NCBI GenBank assembly: GCA_964583965.1
Contig: CAZOYI010000255.1
Span: forward strand, 1 to 62,247
Length of the DNA stretch: 62,247 nucleotides
DNA from: an uncultured Caldisericota bacterium
GTDB taxonomy: Bacteria; Caldisericota; Caldisericia; UBA6126
Direction of reading: 5' to 3'
Of this stretch, positions 18,701 through 26,528 are shown piece after piece. Made by a program: the position numbers and the translations under genes. Positions within the stretch are counted from its first letter, which is position 1. Each line of letters opens with the position of its first letter. Below the pieces are notes generated by a model. The model did not search any database, was not told the DNA's origin, and saw only the letters and a list, made by a program, of their open reading frames with translations.

Positions 18701-19400
18701 TTTTTTCGTCGGGTCGATCTTCGTCGTCAGAAGATTGCAAACCTACTTCTAATTGCAATTCCGTAATTAGATAAGCATGGCCTTGATATAGATAAACAGG
18801 GTGAATATGTAATACCAGCTGCTTTTTTTGCTCATTGGTTGTAATAGCATGTTTTACATTTATATTTGGGAATACTTGCGAGTACTCATGAATAGAAACC
18901 CATTCCCTCAAGGGTTCTTCAAGAGACATTCCTAATACGCTTTCACTTTGTCTGTTTTCTTCCTTTAAATATTGCAGTTTGATCTTTTCAAATGAATCAG
19001 TAAAGGTCTTTGCTTCTGGTGCACAGGCGAGAGCATCTTGCTGAAGTACAATTTTTTTCGCTTTTACATGTTTTGTGAGGATATAACTGGGTATTTCATT
19101 ATTTTGTATGTCAATATTTCTTGTAACAATAGGCAAAATAGGTTTTCCGGGATGGAATACATAGGAGCAATCTGCCATCTGAAAACGAATTCCATTAGAT
19201 TCTTCTACAATTTGTAATGAGTCTAAAATATTGAATCTTAAAGGGATTGTCCGAAAAATATTAGATTGGTCAGAACAATCATTAGGTAAAATGAGAAATG
19301 AATAGGGTTTCGTTTGTGCAGTAAGTTTTGCAGGAAACAAAGAAACCATAGCAAACATAACGGATAAAGAAACACAGATCACGAATTGAATAAATTTCAT
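12768..19400 (-). CDS. Giant secreted multidomain protein B (2,210 aa), diverged paralogue of A with the same architecture
   Basis: Signal peptide MKFIQFVICVSLSVMFAMVSLFPAKLTA. YLTILGDASYIPPSYY, WVPTDIYYSSP, VGRLPV, MGHGSG (His472, nt 17985..17987), SEACGNGAWD (Cys507, nt 17880..17882). Double stalk domain at about 15195..15585 (GRTVVPISVIADGFGAKVVWE, GRTMVPLRFIAECFGAEIDWD). Propeller-like repeats. GGGGGAG SD. Confidence 0.85.
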   Translation of the reverse strand: MKFIQFVICVSLSVMFAMVSLFPAKLTAQTKPYSFLILPNDCSDQSNIFRTIPLRFNILDSLQIVEESNGIRFQMADCSYVFHPGKPILPIVTRNIDIQNNEIPSYILTKHVKAKKIVLQQDALACAPEAKTFTDSFEKIKLQYLKEENRQSESVLGMSLEEPLREWVSIHEYSQVFPNINVKHAITTNEQKKQLVLHIHPVYLYQGHAYLITELQLEVGLQSSDDEDRPDEKNNSSIILTPPELLEEATALAKMQQEDGFETSVITLANVQSYPVAEDPTINDGFLEASEEFRESIQHYDATLAGRIRSMLREKLQKDEIDYLTILGDASYIPPSYYEFSFDMLDHIDQWVPTDIYYSSPFYDDTLTFEVTVGRLPVQSKKEAQFQIDKIRRYRKALAESDTWKNAIALFGGDPFRGDYFGELHQCRLINKDVFNGFSIDKKFQTSDLFTKEEFLSTLQKELLTFVWNMGHGSGTAFMLEDDAVKGVDLLDLPQKNQLPVIVSEACGNGAWDTRFTTPSGKKHTPSFSEAVLASSGAGIAYVGGARVNYAGYRIKEEDYIQELSEVGFMDAIVEYFFLASQDNPKGSLGDWATKALEEYYIMDIQTSYYLLPPHIKTLFGFTLLGDPTLRIPLPEKKPSFEVPKITLNGGLYKSLTGRTRSILSIDQKTNCQIQTDSPSVQYIYATLDNEEKQVIGSGKLSLTNEKTISTSLDFLQKTNATIRYSTEDFKEKRIVFDGRYDYDLSLQESYDLTLLRKNEKRVHVVEVMNEGIHPMKNASIQITTSPGEKIEKTFPYIARDFSETMMHEYQFPSSGEYTAQINVPVSSGETYSQDNQETVTYRIQEDPICRVGVLSSGEYYPSFAEGLLSVDKLNKQFSAENLPIEVQVVELIKDSKGRISYDLLGFDALVLFETFWMRADYSFILPDLEKFSQQGGKILGIHSSIAGSERMNMKNTSLQTFFGIRPDVFVAEEVNDESKAEFKLTKPLLHSEKTNYQIENQYSLIPKDEVFGQQKWSSSHLLESAQIVGTGTQNGMALIQNNKNIFLFTGLMYEQYFTKSSETFDLFHDLIQSLYDPIQNVSIGLVESKDSSSISAFTEIPWCIEIVNHSSLPTNDLWLQVNNQEKLSVGILEAHERKVIETSLHSTHVGTCSHEFVLMTGDQQKEILDQYSLRYIAQKPDPSEEDLQITLNQWEEGKPIYAFGDSFMLSGKGFPGSSLRIGDQTIPIDQNGDFEVYIQPSDAPDSLRCYLEFDEVQGKTLEIPIKWYESTEIFLHIGDCHIMTQGESKKIDSPPVILSGRTVVPISVIADGFGAKVVWEDKTQTIQIHYIDRSIKLQIGNSEAIEVVDGEEKSILLDSPPIIMNGRTMVPLRFIAECFGAEIDWDGVSQVVSLKAYKPSSVKVEPSAFIQSAPSLQKTELFTTQAQIPSYVLSCQESEEGLFVATTFGIHQYQGEKKISFTPYPEDFPHRSLSFDPEDFSFGVHSDYFVLHNQNGIYRIHRQTQECDLLQPKYENHNLLVEKRNFYRIEGMFVRGDLLYVLCPLYGLMVYNVVTQEYLYTIGIDFGLTLACSDSYIAVFSLFDVLTIFNPEDFSFHECLLENFYSFANVTFVDNTTLALYNLGDVEKWVPLSVSRVLSNDSIDMEDWEEYSSFSRLRGDLVYIADGPSHYGILKEESGGSLEFTTEVLQLDFDGGKNKNPLQEDISDCKRLKNWIPNPAGVKIIPQQNSYVCTQSEPGDPDQVLYTKEDRIVRHSLRSKANPMFSMLLGYAWSGESYSSLKLDIDYSGEEMQLVFLLDITDFHDEKPTYRKYYQINVGDGDFAFATYTFTSDYLVVYDPFKNSLLWFDLSSGELAYRQFFALEDPANAPLSASDLTVVDDVVYFIDFFNEDIFSVSPEDGFTKILDGSQFANSLQMNYLSIDGDIFYFHDSISKNIFTCKKEGITGWISQDSLGVASIGDMDVKGNQILYLDPLAGNVCVQNLLLKENTVSSEEDISFSEDHIVCEYYPGMQINKQIGIYINAPFTELQITSDEEIDIEEIQQKQSQVIQISFVPEEEKTILLKVIVDGIEKELSIQCVQKEKFVSFYNHSIFANTWKGVFWSENPCTIEKKQQYCWIDLLLMETIFPCEISSKKDTYYLSFGGILLEAQLNENWYVYQNPEGQRYRRDGVLFQQNSQRYVFVEPTLYVTYAKGRIKRNAESVTISGL

Positions 19401-19449
19401 CTACTCCCCCTAAAAAAAGTAACTTCATAAAAGCTATCATAAAATAAAT

Positions 19450-20673
19450 TTATGATTGTGCAATAAATGTATACACTTCCAATGAATTTTTTTTCAAATA
19501 CATTCCAATTACTCCGCCTTCAGGCATTACAGCAACAGGATGAAGGGGAATTTTTGGAAGGATCATGTACTGTACTGAGACTTCTGGGGATTGTCGTTGA
19601 AGCAATCCGACAATACCTATGGTTTGAGAATCCACCCAGTAGTATATAGATCCGTTTTGATCACATCCAATCAAACCTCCGCCTTTCCAATTGGGCTCAA
19701 TTAGATTCATTTTTGTGATGGATTGTATAGTTTTATTTTTGTAACAAATTTGTTGTATTTGAAATGTAAGATTGTTATCTATCATTTTGAAAGGAATATT
19801 GTTCATTTTCGTTTCCCATTCATGGGAAAAGAAGGAATCTTCTTTTGTTGGATCAAAGACTTGCAGTACTCTTGCTACTTTATCCACATACAAACCAATT
19901 TGGTAGGAAGGCTGCAAAGAAACATCAAACAAGCCTTTGGAAAAACCATGCTCTATGTCTTCTACTGGAAACAAGTCTACATCTGGTTTAGATCGATCAA
20001 CAGAAGTTTTGATTTGAACTTGGATACGAAATATCGGCCCAGGTAAAACGGAAAAAAATGGTTCTACTTGAAGCAATCGATTTGGATTATAGAAAATATA
20101 GCCAATATCAAAACAGCCTTGATAAACGCCTTCTTCGCTATAGTAATGAATCCTTTTTTGTCGAGTGTCCATTACGTAAAAAGTTCCATCTTCTGTTTTT
20201 TGAAAAGTAAAACCAACTAAAGCCGGAATATCCACAATTTCTTCTCGTCGTAACTGAGGCAAGGAAATGTCACGTAAAAATTCTCCTTGGCCTGATATTT
20301 TCACCAATCGAGGGCCGTATCCATCCGTAATCCAGAAAGATCCATCTTGATTCGCTTGAATTTGCGTGGGTATTGCACCAGAGGATATTCCATTGCATGC
20401 ATCTGGATCATATCCTTTTAAACCAATTCCAGTTTCTTCCACACCCCAGGATAAAGAAAAATTGGATTTTTGCTGGGAAAAATCAATTGTTTGAATAGAT
20501 TCTCGCTGTGGCAACATCCCAATAATCTCCGCAATTGAAGGCTTTTGTAAATCTGTAGGAAGGGATTCTGTTTGAGGAGAAGAAATATTCTTCTCCTCTA
20601 ATTGGTGTATTGGAAGAGATGGATAAACAAAGAATAAACTCCCCAAAAAGATGACAAGTAGAATTTGCTTCAT
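19450..20673 (-). CDS. Secreted protein with beta-propeller-like (NHL/YncE-style) repeats, function unknown
   Basis: N-terminal signal-like MKQILLVIFLGSLFFVYPS. Blade-like segments DGSFWITDGYGPRLVKISGQGEF, DGTFYVMDTRQKRIHYYSEEGVY and NGSIYYWVDSQTIGIVG. The ATG lies 3 nt after the upstream stop. Confidence 0.6.
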   Translation of the reverse strand: MKQILLVIFLGSLFFVYPSLPIHQLEEKNISSPQTESLPTDLQKPSIAEIIGMLPQRESIQTIDFSQQKSNFSLSWGVEETGIGLKGYDPDACNGISSGAIPTQIQANQDGSFWITDGYGPRLVKISGQGEFLRDISLPQLRREEIVDIPALVGFTFQKTEDGTFYVMDTRQKRIHYYSEEGVYQGCFDIGYIFYNPNRLLQVEPFFSVLPGPIFRIQVQIKTSVDRSKPDVDLFPVEDIEHGFSKGLFDVSLQPSYQIGLYVDKVARVLQVFDPTKEDSFFSHEWETKMNNIPFKMIDNNLTFQIQQICYKNKTIQSITKMNLIEPNWKGGGLIGCDQNGSIYYWVDSQTIGIVGLLQRQSPEVSVQYMILPKIPLHPVAVMPEGGVIGMYLKKNSLEVYTFIAQS

Positions 20674-20676
20674 AAT

Positions 20677-21744
20677 TCACTCAATAATGGACAATCGAAC
20701 GATATCCCATGTATAGACAGAGCGAAATTCAGAAAGGGACGTTTCGACTGCCTTCTGAAGAGTGTTGGTGTTATATTGATAATTGGTGAACCATGCACTG
20801 TGAATAATAGATGTAGTTGGAATCGAAATTCCCTTCTGAGAAATCACGCCAAAATGAACAACAATTCCATTTCTTTTCAACACCATGACATCCCCAGGGA
20901 GTACTTCATCAAACGATGATGCTCCTCGATAATCTCCACTAGCTATTACACGTGCTGTTTGCCAATTCCATTGTAACCCAGAATAACAGCAGCATTGTTC
21001 AAGAAGTCCCGAGCAATCTACCCCTGTCCAATAAGCAGGACTTTCCATTCCTTTGGGTCGATCCCATATAGACTCTCCCTCATCAAGGTTTACGGGATGC
21101 ATAGCATTCTTATGTGTAACCATTTCTTGAAAATGTTCTGGTACTCGACCAAAGACAGAGTTATTTTTGTTCAGTTTCGTCGATATGCTTTGAAGCGATT
21201 CCTTTCCTCCCCAAGTATAAGGAGCTCCGAAATCAACAAGATCTGAAATATGGAACATCTCAGGTGGATACTTTTTTTGATTGCCCTCAATTGGAGATAG
21301 ATAATCTTCAATGTAAATTCTTCGTTGCCAGGGAATAGAAAATTCTTTAAACATGACTGCAAAATCTTTTAAAGCAAGATGGGGGTTTTGATATTTGAAT
21401 TGTATGGGGTATTTCGATTGTATTTGTAGAACAATAGGTTGATGAACAGGGGTTTGGATTTGTATACTACCTGTCAAATCATTGTTGATGCTGCATTGCT
21501 GCAAACTTGGTAGAATAGTAATTTGGATGGAAGGATCTTCAGACTGCAGAATAATATCATTACCAAAAAAAGCATAGAAAACAACTGCAGATGTAGTTGG
21601 TTCAATACGTCCTGGTAGTATCCAAGAATTGACTTCAAAAGCAAATGAAGAATACGAAAAAGACCCTATAACAAAAATGAAGAACAGCAGTACAACAATA
21701 TATAGAAAACGCTTCACTACGATTGCCGGGTGATTTCTTTCCAT
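20677..21744 (-). CDS. Membrane-anchored NlpC/P60-family cell-wall hydrolase
   Basis: N-terminal anchor FLYIVVLLFFIFVIGSFSY. C-terminal YTWGG ... VDCSGL (catalytic Cys) ... VVHFGVI (His) ... IIHSA. The start overlaps the aspS 3' end by 28 nt. Confidence 0.75.
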   Translation of the reverse strand: MERNHPAIVVKRFLYIVVLLFFIFVIGSFSYSSFAFEVNSWILPGRIEPTTSAVVFYAFFGNDIILQSEDPSIQITILPSLQQCSINNDLTGSIQIQTPVHQPIVLQIQSKYPIQFKYQNPHLALKDFAVMFKEFSIPWQRRIYIEDYLSPIEGNQKKYPPEMFHISDLVDFGAPYTWGGKESLQSISTKLNKNNSVFGRVPEHFQEMVTHKNAMHPVNLDEGESIWDRPKGMESPAYWTGVDCSGLLEQCCCYSGLQWNWQTARVIASGDYRGASSFDEVLPGDVMVLKRNGIVVHFGVISQKGISIPTTSIIHSAWFTNYQYNTNTLQKAVETSLSEFRSVYTWDIVRLSIIE

Positions 21745-23465
21745 TGCTCCTCAGAAATTGGGGATGGTTCTTTTGTAAGAGGACTAGCCCCTTTTGTATT
21801 TTTTGGGAATGCAATGACATCACGCAATGAAGCGCTTTGAGTTAATAGCATTGCGATTCGATCTACTCCAAGAGCAAATCCAGCTTCAGGAGGAGCTCCA
21901 GAGGATAGTGCGTGTAATAAGTATCCAAATTGTTCTTCAATTTGATCATGGGGTACACCAATTAATGAGAATATGTGTTTTTGCAGATCAGAGTTAACTA
22001 TTCTCGCGCCTCCGGAACCTAGCTCAAAACCATTTAAAACCATGTCAGAGGAGCAACTTTCTATCTGAAGAGGATTGGTATCAATATATTGATGGTATTG
22101 CTCCATATTGGGCAAAGTAAATGGATGTTGGGCTGAGTCAAGTCGATTTTCTTCTTCATTCCACAAAAATAAGGGAAACTGATTGATCCAAAGGAAATGA
22201 AGTTCGTTTTTACGATAGGGCTGAAGCTCTAGAATGGATTTACCAATCATTGTTCGCGCCCTACCCAGTGATTCTAACACTTCTTTTTCCGTTCCAATTG
22301 CAAACAATATGGAGTCTCCTTCTGCACTTTTCATTTTCTCTGCAATGCGCATTTTGTCTGTTTCGGTGAGGAAATTTAGTCCTACTCCATCGGGTTTATG
22401 TTTAACATAAAAGAACGTTACCTTTGGATGTTCCAATTCTTGTAAAAAAGCATCCGATTCTTTTCGAGACAAATTCATAAAAGCTTTATCTATATGTAAT
22501 GCAGCAATGGTTTTTCCTTCGTTTGCTGCTGTATAGAACATTTTGTATTCAGGATTTTTGAATTCATCTCGAAAATGAATGATAGGCACATGATAACGTA
22601 AGTCTGGTTTGTCTGTCCCATATGCATACAAAGCTTCTTTGTAACTCATTTTTAAAAATGGAAGCATGATGTCTTGGTGAAGGCAGTTCTTTACAATTTG
22701 CTGCATCAATCCTTCTAAAATGTGATGAAGTAGCATTTCGTCTGAAAAAGCCATTTCCAAATCAATTTGAGTGAATTCAGGTTGACGATCCAATCGAAAA
22801 TCTTCATCACGGAAACAGCGACAAATTTGGAAATATCTATCCAATCCCCCCACCATTAACATTTCTTTATACAATTGTGGAGATTGAGTAAGGGCATAAA
22901 ACTTCCCTGGATTCATGCGAGAGGGTACTAAGAAATCTCTAGCTCCCTCGGGTGTACTTTTCCCTAAATAAGGAGTTTCTACTTCTGTGAAGTGATGACG
23001 AGAAAGATATTCTCTTGTTGTTTGCAAAAGAGTATGTCGCAAGCGTATATTCGAATACATTTTTGGATTTCGAAGATCAAAATATCGATACTTCATACGA
23101 AGATTCTCATCCACTTCCATGGATTTGCGAACTTCGAATGGAGAATGTTTACATGCATTTAGAACATGCAATGAATCAACTTGTATTTCGATGCGGCCTG
23201 TTTTCATGTTGGGGTTGATTTCTTTTTCATTCCTATTCGCAACGATTCCCTTCACCATGATAACATCTTCATTGTGAAGTTCATGAGCTTTTTGAATAAG
23301 ATCGGGGGATGAAAACACAAGCTGAACTACCCCAGTATGATCGCGGAGTAGTACAAATGTGACTCCGCCAACTTCTCTGGTTCGATCCACCCAACCAGAC
23401 AGTGTGATGGACTTGGAGTTCCATTTTTCTGTAACTAAACCACAGTATTCATCTCTAAAATTCAT
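21717..23465 (-). CDS. aspS: Aspartate--tRNA ligase (bacterial type)
   Basis: N-terminal OB fold (ITLSGWVDRTREVGGVTFVLLRD). Class II motifs FRDEDFRLDRQPEFTQIDLE, GGARI and GFALGVDRIAMLL. Confidence 0.96.
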   Translation of the reverse strand: MNFRDEYCGLVTEKWNSKSITLSGWVDRTREVGGVTFVLLRDHTGVVQLVFSSPDLIQKAHELHNEDVIMVKGIVANRNEKEINPNMKTGRIEIQVDSLHVLNACKHSPFEVRKSMEVDENLRMKYRYFDLRNPKMYSNIRLRHTLLQTTREYLSRHHFTEVETPYLGKSTPEGARDFLVPSRMNPGKFYALTQSPQLYKEMLMVGGLDRYFQICRCFRDEDFRLDRQPEFTQIDLEMAFSDEMLLHHILEGLMQQIVKNCLHQDIMLPFLKMSYKEALYAYGTDKPDLRYHVPIIHFRDEFKNPEYKMFYTAANEGKTIAALHIDKAFMNLSRKESDAFLQELEHPKVTFFYVKHKPDGVGLNFLTETDKMRIAEKMKSAEGDSILFAIGTEKEVLESLGRARTMIGKSILELQPYRKNELHFLWINQFPLFLWNEEENRLDSAQHPFTLPNMEQYHQYIDTNPLQIESCSSDMVLNGFELGSGGARIVNSDLQKHIFSLIGVPHDQIEEQFGYLLHALSSGAPPEAGFALGVDRIAMLLTQSASLRDVIAFPKNTKGASPLTKEPSPISEEQWKEITRQS

Positions 23466-24732
23466 GCAAATCCCCTTTTAAAAAATAAGTAGTGATCGAC
23501 TCCATATCCAATTTCTTGGTTTGGCGTGTTTGTAAATTCCGCATGGTAACAATTCCTGTTTTTTCTTCTTCTTCCCCGATCACAACGAGGTATTTCGCAT
23601 TTCTCTTTTCTGCAGTCTCAAAGACCTTTTTCATGCCTTTGCCTTCAAAGTCGACTAAAACATTGATTCCATGATGTCGAAGATCCTGGGCAATTTGCAA
23701 ACTTTGAGCAGCGGTAGTCCCCCCGAAATTGGCAATATATAGCATGGGATCAACATCCCGTAGTTCCAACTCAGCCCGTTTGGTCTCAAGTAGCATTGTA
23801 ATCCGCTCTAAACCCATAGCAAATCCAATAGCTGGCATTGGTGGTCCATCCAATTCTTTTTCTAACAAGCCATCATAGCGACCTCCACCAAGCACTGTTC
23901 CTTGAGCACCCAAATCAAGAGAAATAAACTCGAACACAGTTTGAGTGTAGTAATCCAAACCCCTTACTAGATCATAGTCAACAATATAAGGAATATCTAG
24001 GGTATCTATGATGTCTAGTACTCCTTGAAAATGTTCTTTGCATTCGTCGCACAAATACGTTTGAATTTTGGGAGCTTGTGCAACACAGTTTTTGCATTCG
24101 GGGTTTTTGCAATCTAAAATGCGAAGAGGATTTGTTTTTAATCGCACACGGCAATCTTCGCACAAAGCACTTTCAAATGATTGGAAATACCGTACTAATG
24201 CCTCACGATACTCTTTTCTACATTGATCACAACCCAATGTATTGATATGCAAGGATAAAGATGAAAAGTGTAGTTTTTTTAAAATGGTGTGTGCTAATGA
24301 AATCATTTCTGCATCAGATGAAGAAGACTTGCTTCCAAAGCATTCCGCTCCAAATTGGGAAAACTCTCGGTATCTTCCTTTTTGTGGTTGTTCATATCGA
24401 AACAACCGCTGAAGATAAAAAAGCTTTACAGGTTTTGGCCAAACGGTCATTTTAGATTCTAAAAAAGCACGACATATCCCTGCTGTACCTTCCGGAATTA
24501 ATACAAGATTTCTACCTGCTTTATCGACAAGGGTATACATCTCTTTAGTGACAATGTCTGAAGAGTCTCCTACCGAATGAATAAACAATCCTGCTTCTTC
24601 AAGAATAGGTGTCGTCATCTCGCCATATCCGAAAGCATAGGCTGTGTTTTTCACAATATTAATAATGGCCTCTCGGAGAATCCATTCTTGTGGCAAAATA
24701 TCACGTGTACCTTTAACTCGTTTGTATTTCAT
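23455..24732 (-). CDS. hisS: Histidine--tRNA ligase
   Basis: MKYKRVKGTRDILP, LFRYEQPQKGRYREFSQFGAE and GGGRYDGL motifs. C-terminal anticodon-binding domain. Confidence 0.96.
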   Translation of the reverse strand: MKYKRVKGTRDILPQEWILREAIINIVKNTAYAFGYGEMTTPILEEAGLFIHSVGDSSDIVTKEMYTLVDKAGRNLVLIPEGTAGICRAFLESKMTVWPKPVKLFYLQRLFRYEQPQKGRYREFSQFGAECFGSKSSSSDAEMISLAHTILKKLHFSSLSLHINTLGCDQCRKEYREALVRYFQSFESALCEDCRVRLKTNPLRILDCKNPECKNCVAQAPKIQTYLCDECKEHFQGVLDIIDTLDIPYIVDYDLVRGLDYYTQTVFEFISLDLGAQGTVLGGGRYDGLLEKELDGPPMPAIGFAMGLERITMLLETKRAELELRDVDPMLYIANFGGTTAAQSLQIAQDLRHHGINVLVDFEGKGMKKVFETAEKRNAKYLVVIGEEEEKTGIVTMRNLQTRQTKKLDMESITTYFLKGDLHEF

Positions 24733-24799
24733 AGAATCATTTTACTTTATCATAGCGGTGTTGCAACTGTAAAAAATTTCTAGACAGGCTTGTACAGAA

Positions 24800-24829
24800 T
24801 TGATTTTTATGCTTCTTTCGTTTTATAAT
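24800..24829 (+). promoter_or_regulatory. Candidate sigma-A promoter for the GT1 gene (TTGATT-N18-TATAAT)
   Basis: TTGATT at 24800..24805 and TATAAT at 24824..24829. GAGG SD lies 6 nt before ATG 24877. Confidence 0.4.
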
Positions 24830-24876
24830 ATACTCATCTGAATCCTAGCCATGGCATTTTACACAAATGAGGTAGT

Positions 24877-25947
24877 ATGAAAAAGAAAGTTGTTGTAATA
24901 ACGCACATTCCCGCCCCCTATCAGGTGGCTTTTGCAAAATCAATGCATTCTATCTTTGATGTTGAATTTTGGTTTATGCAGTCTATTGCAGATTCAAACC
25001 GACCTTTCTATTGGGAACAACCACTACCGGAATATTGCAAAATTCTACCTACATACTTGAAAAAAGGTCAATTTTTTTATTGCCCCACTATCACAAAGCA
25101 CATGAAACGATTTCAACCAGACTGTTTGATCCTACATGGAAGATGGAACAATCTTTCGTGGTATCCAGCATATAAATGGGCCGTAAAGAATCATGCAAAA
25201 GTACTCATGGGACCATTTGAAATGCCTGTCGCTCAAAATGGAATCAAAGAATGTATTCGTAGGGTCCTATACAAAAGAATAGATGGTATTTTATGTTCTG
25301 GTTACAAAACACTGGATTATTACCGCTTCAAGTCCAAAAGAGTATTTCTTTTTGGCTATGCTGCTGATATTCAACGAGAATTAGAGCACCCTGTTCGTAA
25401 TCCATCAGAAATGGTTACTTTTTTACACAGCGGAAGCATGAATGCAAGGTTCCGTGTACATGAAATTCTTGACGCAATTGAAAGTGTTTATTCAAAACAA
25501 CCCAATATACGTCTCGCACTATCTGGAAATGGTCCCGATCGAGACTCTTTAGAAAAACGAATTCTGTCGTCTGCTACTTTATCCTCTATCACAAAATGGA
25601 TCGATGTAGACAGCTGGAGGGGTGTGCAGGATGTATATTTGCAGGCAGATGTTCTCATTAGTTACCCCTCTTATGCAGGATGGGGACTTACCATCCCAGA
25701 GGCTATGGCATCTGGTATGGGGGTTATATCTGGTTTGAATGTAACTTCAGCCCGAGAGTTTTTGGTCCCAAACTATAATGGATATTTTGTGGATACAAAG
25801 CAGGAATTACATGATGCGATTCTTCAATATGCTAAAAATCCTTCACTAGTTTCTCAGCATGGACAGATAAACAAAAAAATCGCTGCTGAGGAAGGTACAG
25901 AACAAAAAGCCTTGCGCTTGCAGAAAATTCTAGAAGAACTACCTTAA
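24877..25947 (+). CDS. Glycosyltransferase, GT-B fold, group 1 (GT4-like)
   Basis: C-terminal GWGLTIPEAMASGMGVISG (E-x7-E type region), typical of the group 1 family. Confidence 0.75.
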   Translation: MKKKVVVITHIPAPYQVAFAKSMHSIFDVEFWFMQSIADSNRPFYWEQPLPEYCKILPTYLKKGQFFYCPTITKHMKRFQPDCLILHGRWNNLSWYPAYKWAVKNHAKVLMGPFEMPVAQNGIKECIRRVLYKRIDGILCSGYKTLDYYRFKSKRVFLFGYAADIQRELEHPVRNPSEMVTFLHSGSMNARFRVHEILDAIESVYSKQPNIRLALSGNGPDRDSLEKRILSSATLSSITKWIDVDSWRGVQDVYLQADVLISYPSYAGWGLTIPEAMASGMGVISGLNVTSAREFLVPNYNGYFVDTKQELHDAILQYAKNPSLVSQHGQINKKIAAEEGTEQKALRLQKILEELP

Positions 25948-26528
25948 AGAAAAAGTGATTTCGATAGTGCTTGGGCAATCTCTTTTGGAGAAAAAGAGGG
26001 TTGGTTGATTTTTTGACGAATGACTTCTTCCGGGGATAAAGGAACATGGATAAAAAGTCCCTGCAAATTATGCATATGACACAAATGTAACGTCCAATAA
26101 TAGGAGTAGTTGCATACATACATTCCTGCATGAAAAGATGGACAACATGGTATTTGTTGAGATTGTAAGTGTCCTAGGATGTTTTCTATATCCATGGTAG
26201 TTCGATATGCTTTAGGTCCATCCGGGAGAATAGGTTGATACTGTGGTTGATCCCCCTGATTATCAGGAATCCGAGCCCAGATTTCATTCAGTGCAAAACA
26301 TTCAATTTGCACCTGCGCTGATCCCGGTGCAACCCCGATTCCTATGATTCGTTCTGGTTTCATAGCAATAAAAGCAGAAAGGAGTTCTTTCTGACAATTG
26401 AATGTCACCGGTAAAACCAAGAACTCACAATTATTTGTATGCTTCTGTATTTCCTGTGCTATTTGTGCAGCAGGATTAACTTTTAAATTACCAAAAGGAG
26501 CAAATGAATATAGTAATGTTTTACGCAT
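25944..26528 (-). CDS. pcp: Pyrrolidone-carboxylate (pyroglutamyl) peptidase I
   Basis: LLYSFAPFG N-terminus. HAGMYVCNYSYY (nucleophile Cys) and GLFIHVP (His). Confidence 0.85.
   Translation of the reverse strand: MRKTLLYSFAPFGNLKVNPAAQIAQEIQKHTNNCEFLVLPVTFNCQKELLSAFIAMKPERIIGIGVAPGSAQVQIECFALNEIWARIPDNQGDQPQYQPILPDGPKAYRTTMDIENILGHLQSQQIPCCPSFHAGMYVCNYSYYWTLHLCHMHNLQGLFIHVPLSPEEVIRQKINQPSFSPKEIAQALSKSLFL

Noticed and set aside
6094-19400. The equal-length giants as an assembly duplication or recent gene conversion.
   Set aside because: The nucleotide sequences differ at most synonymous positions even in the most conserved peptide stretches. I saw no long identical DNA segment.
6094-19400. 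Dockerin, sortase LPXTG, SLH or choline-binding anchors in the giants and the 563-aa protein.
   Set aside because: Scanning the translations by eye found no LPxTG plus hydrophobic tail, no duplicated D-x-N-x-DG dockerin loops and no SLH-like N-termini. Only the stalk-type domains are evident.
24733-24876. T-box leader upstream of hisS-aspS, as is common in Bacillota.
   Set aside because: Only 144 bp are shared with a divergent promoter. I saw no T-box sequence (AANNNGGGTGGNACCGCG-like), no specifier-loop architecture and no terminator hairpin.
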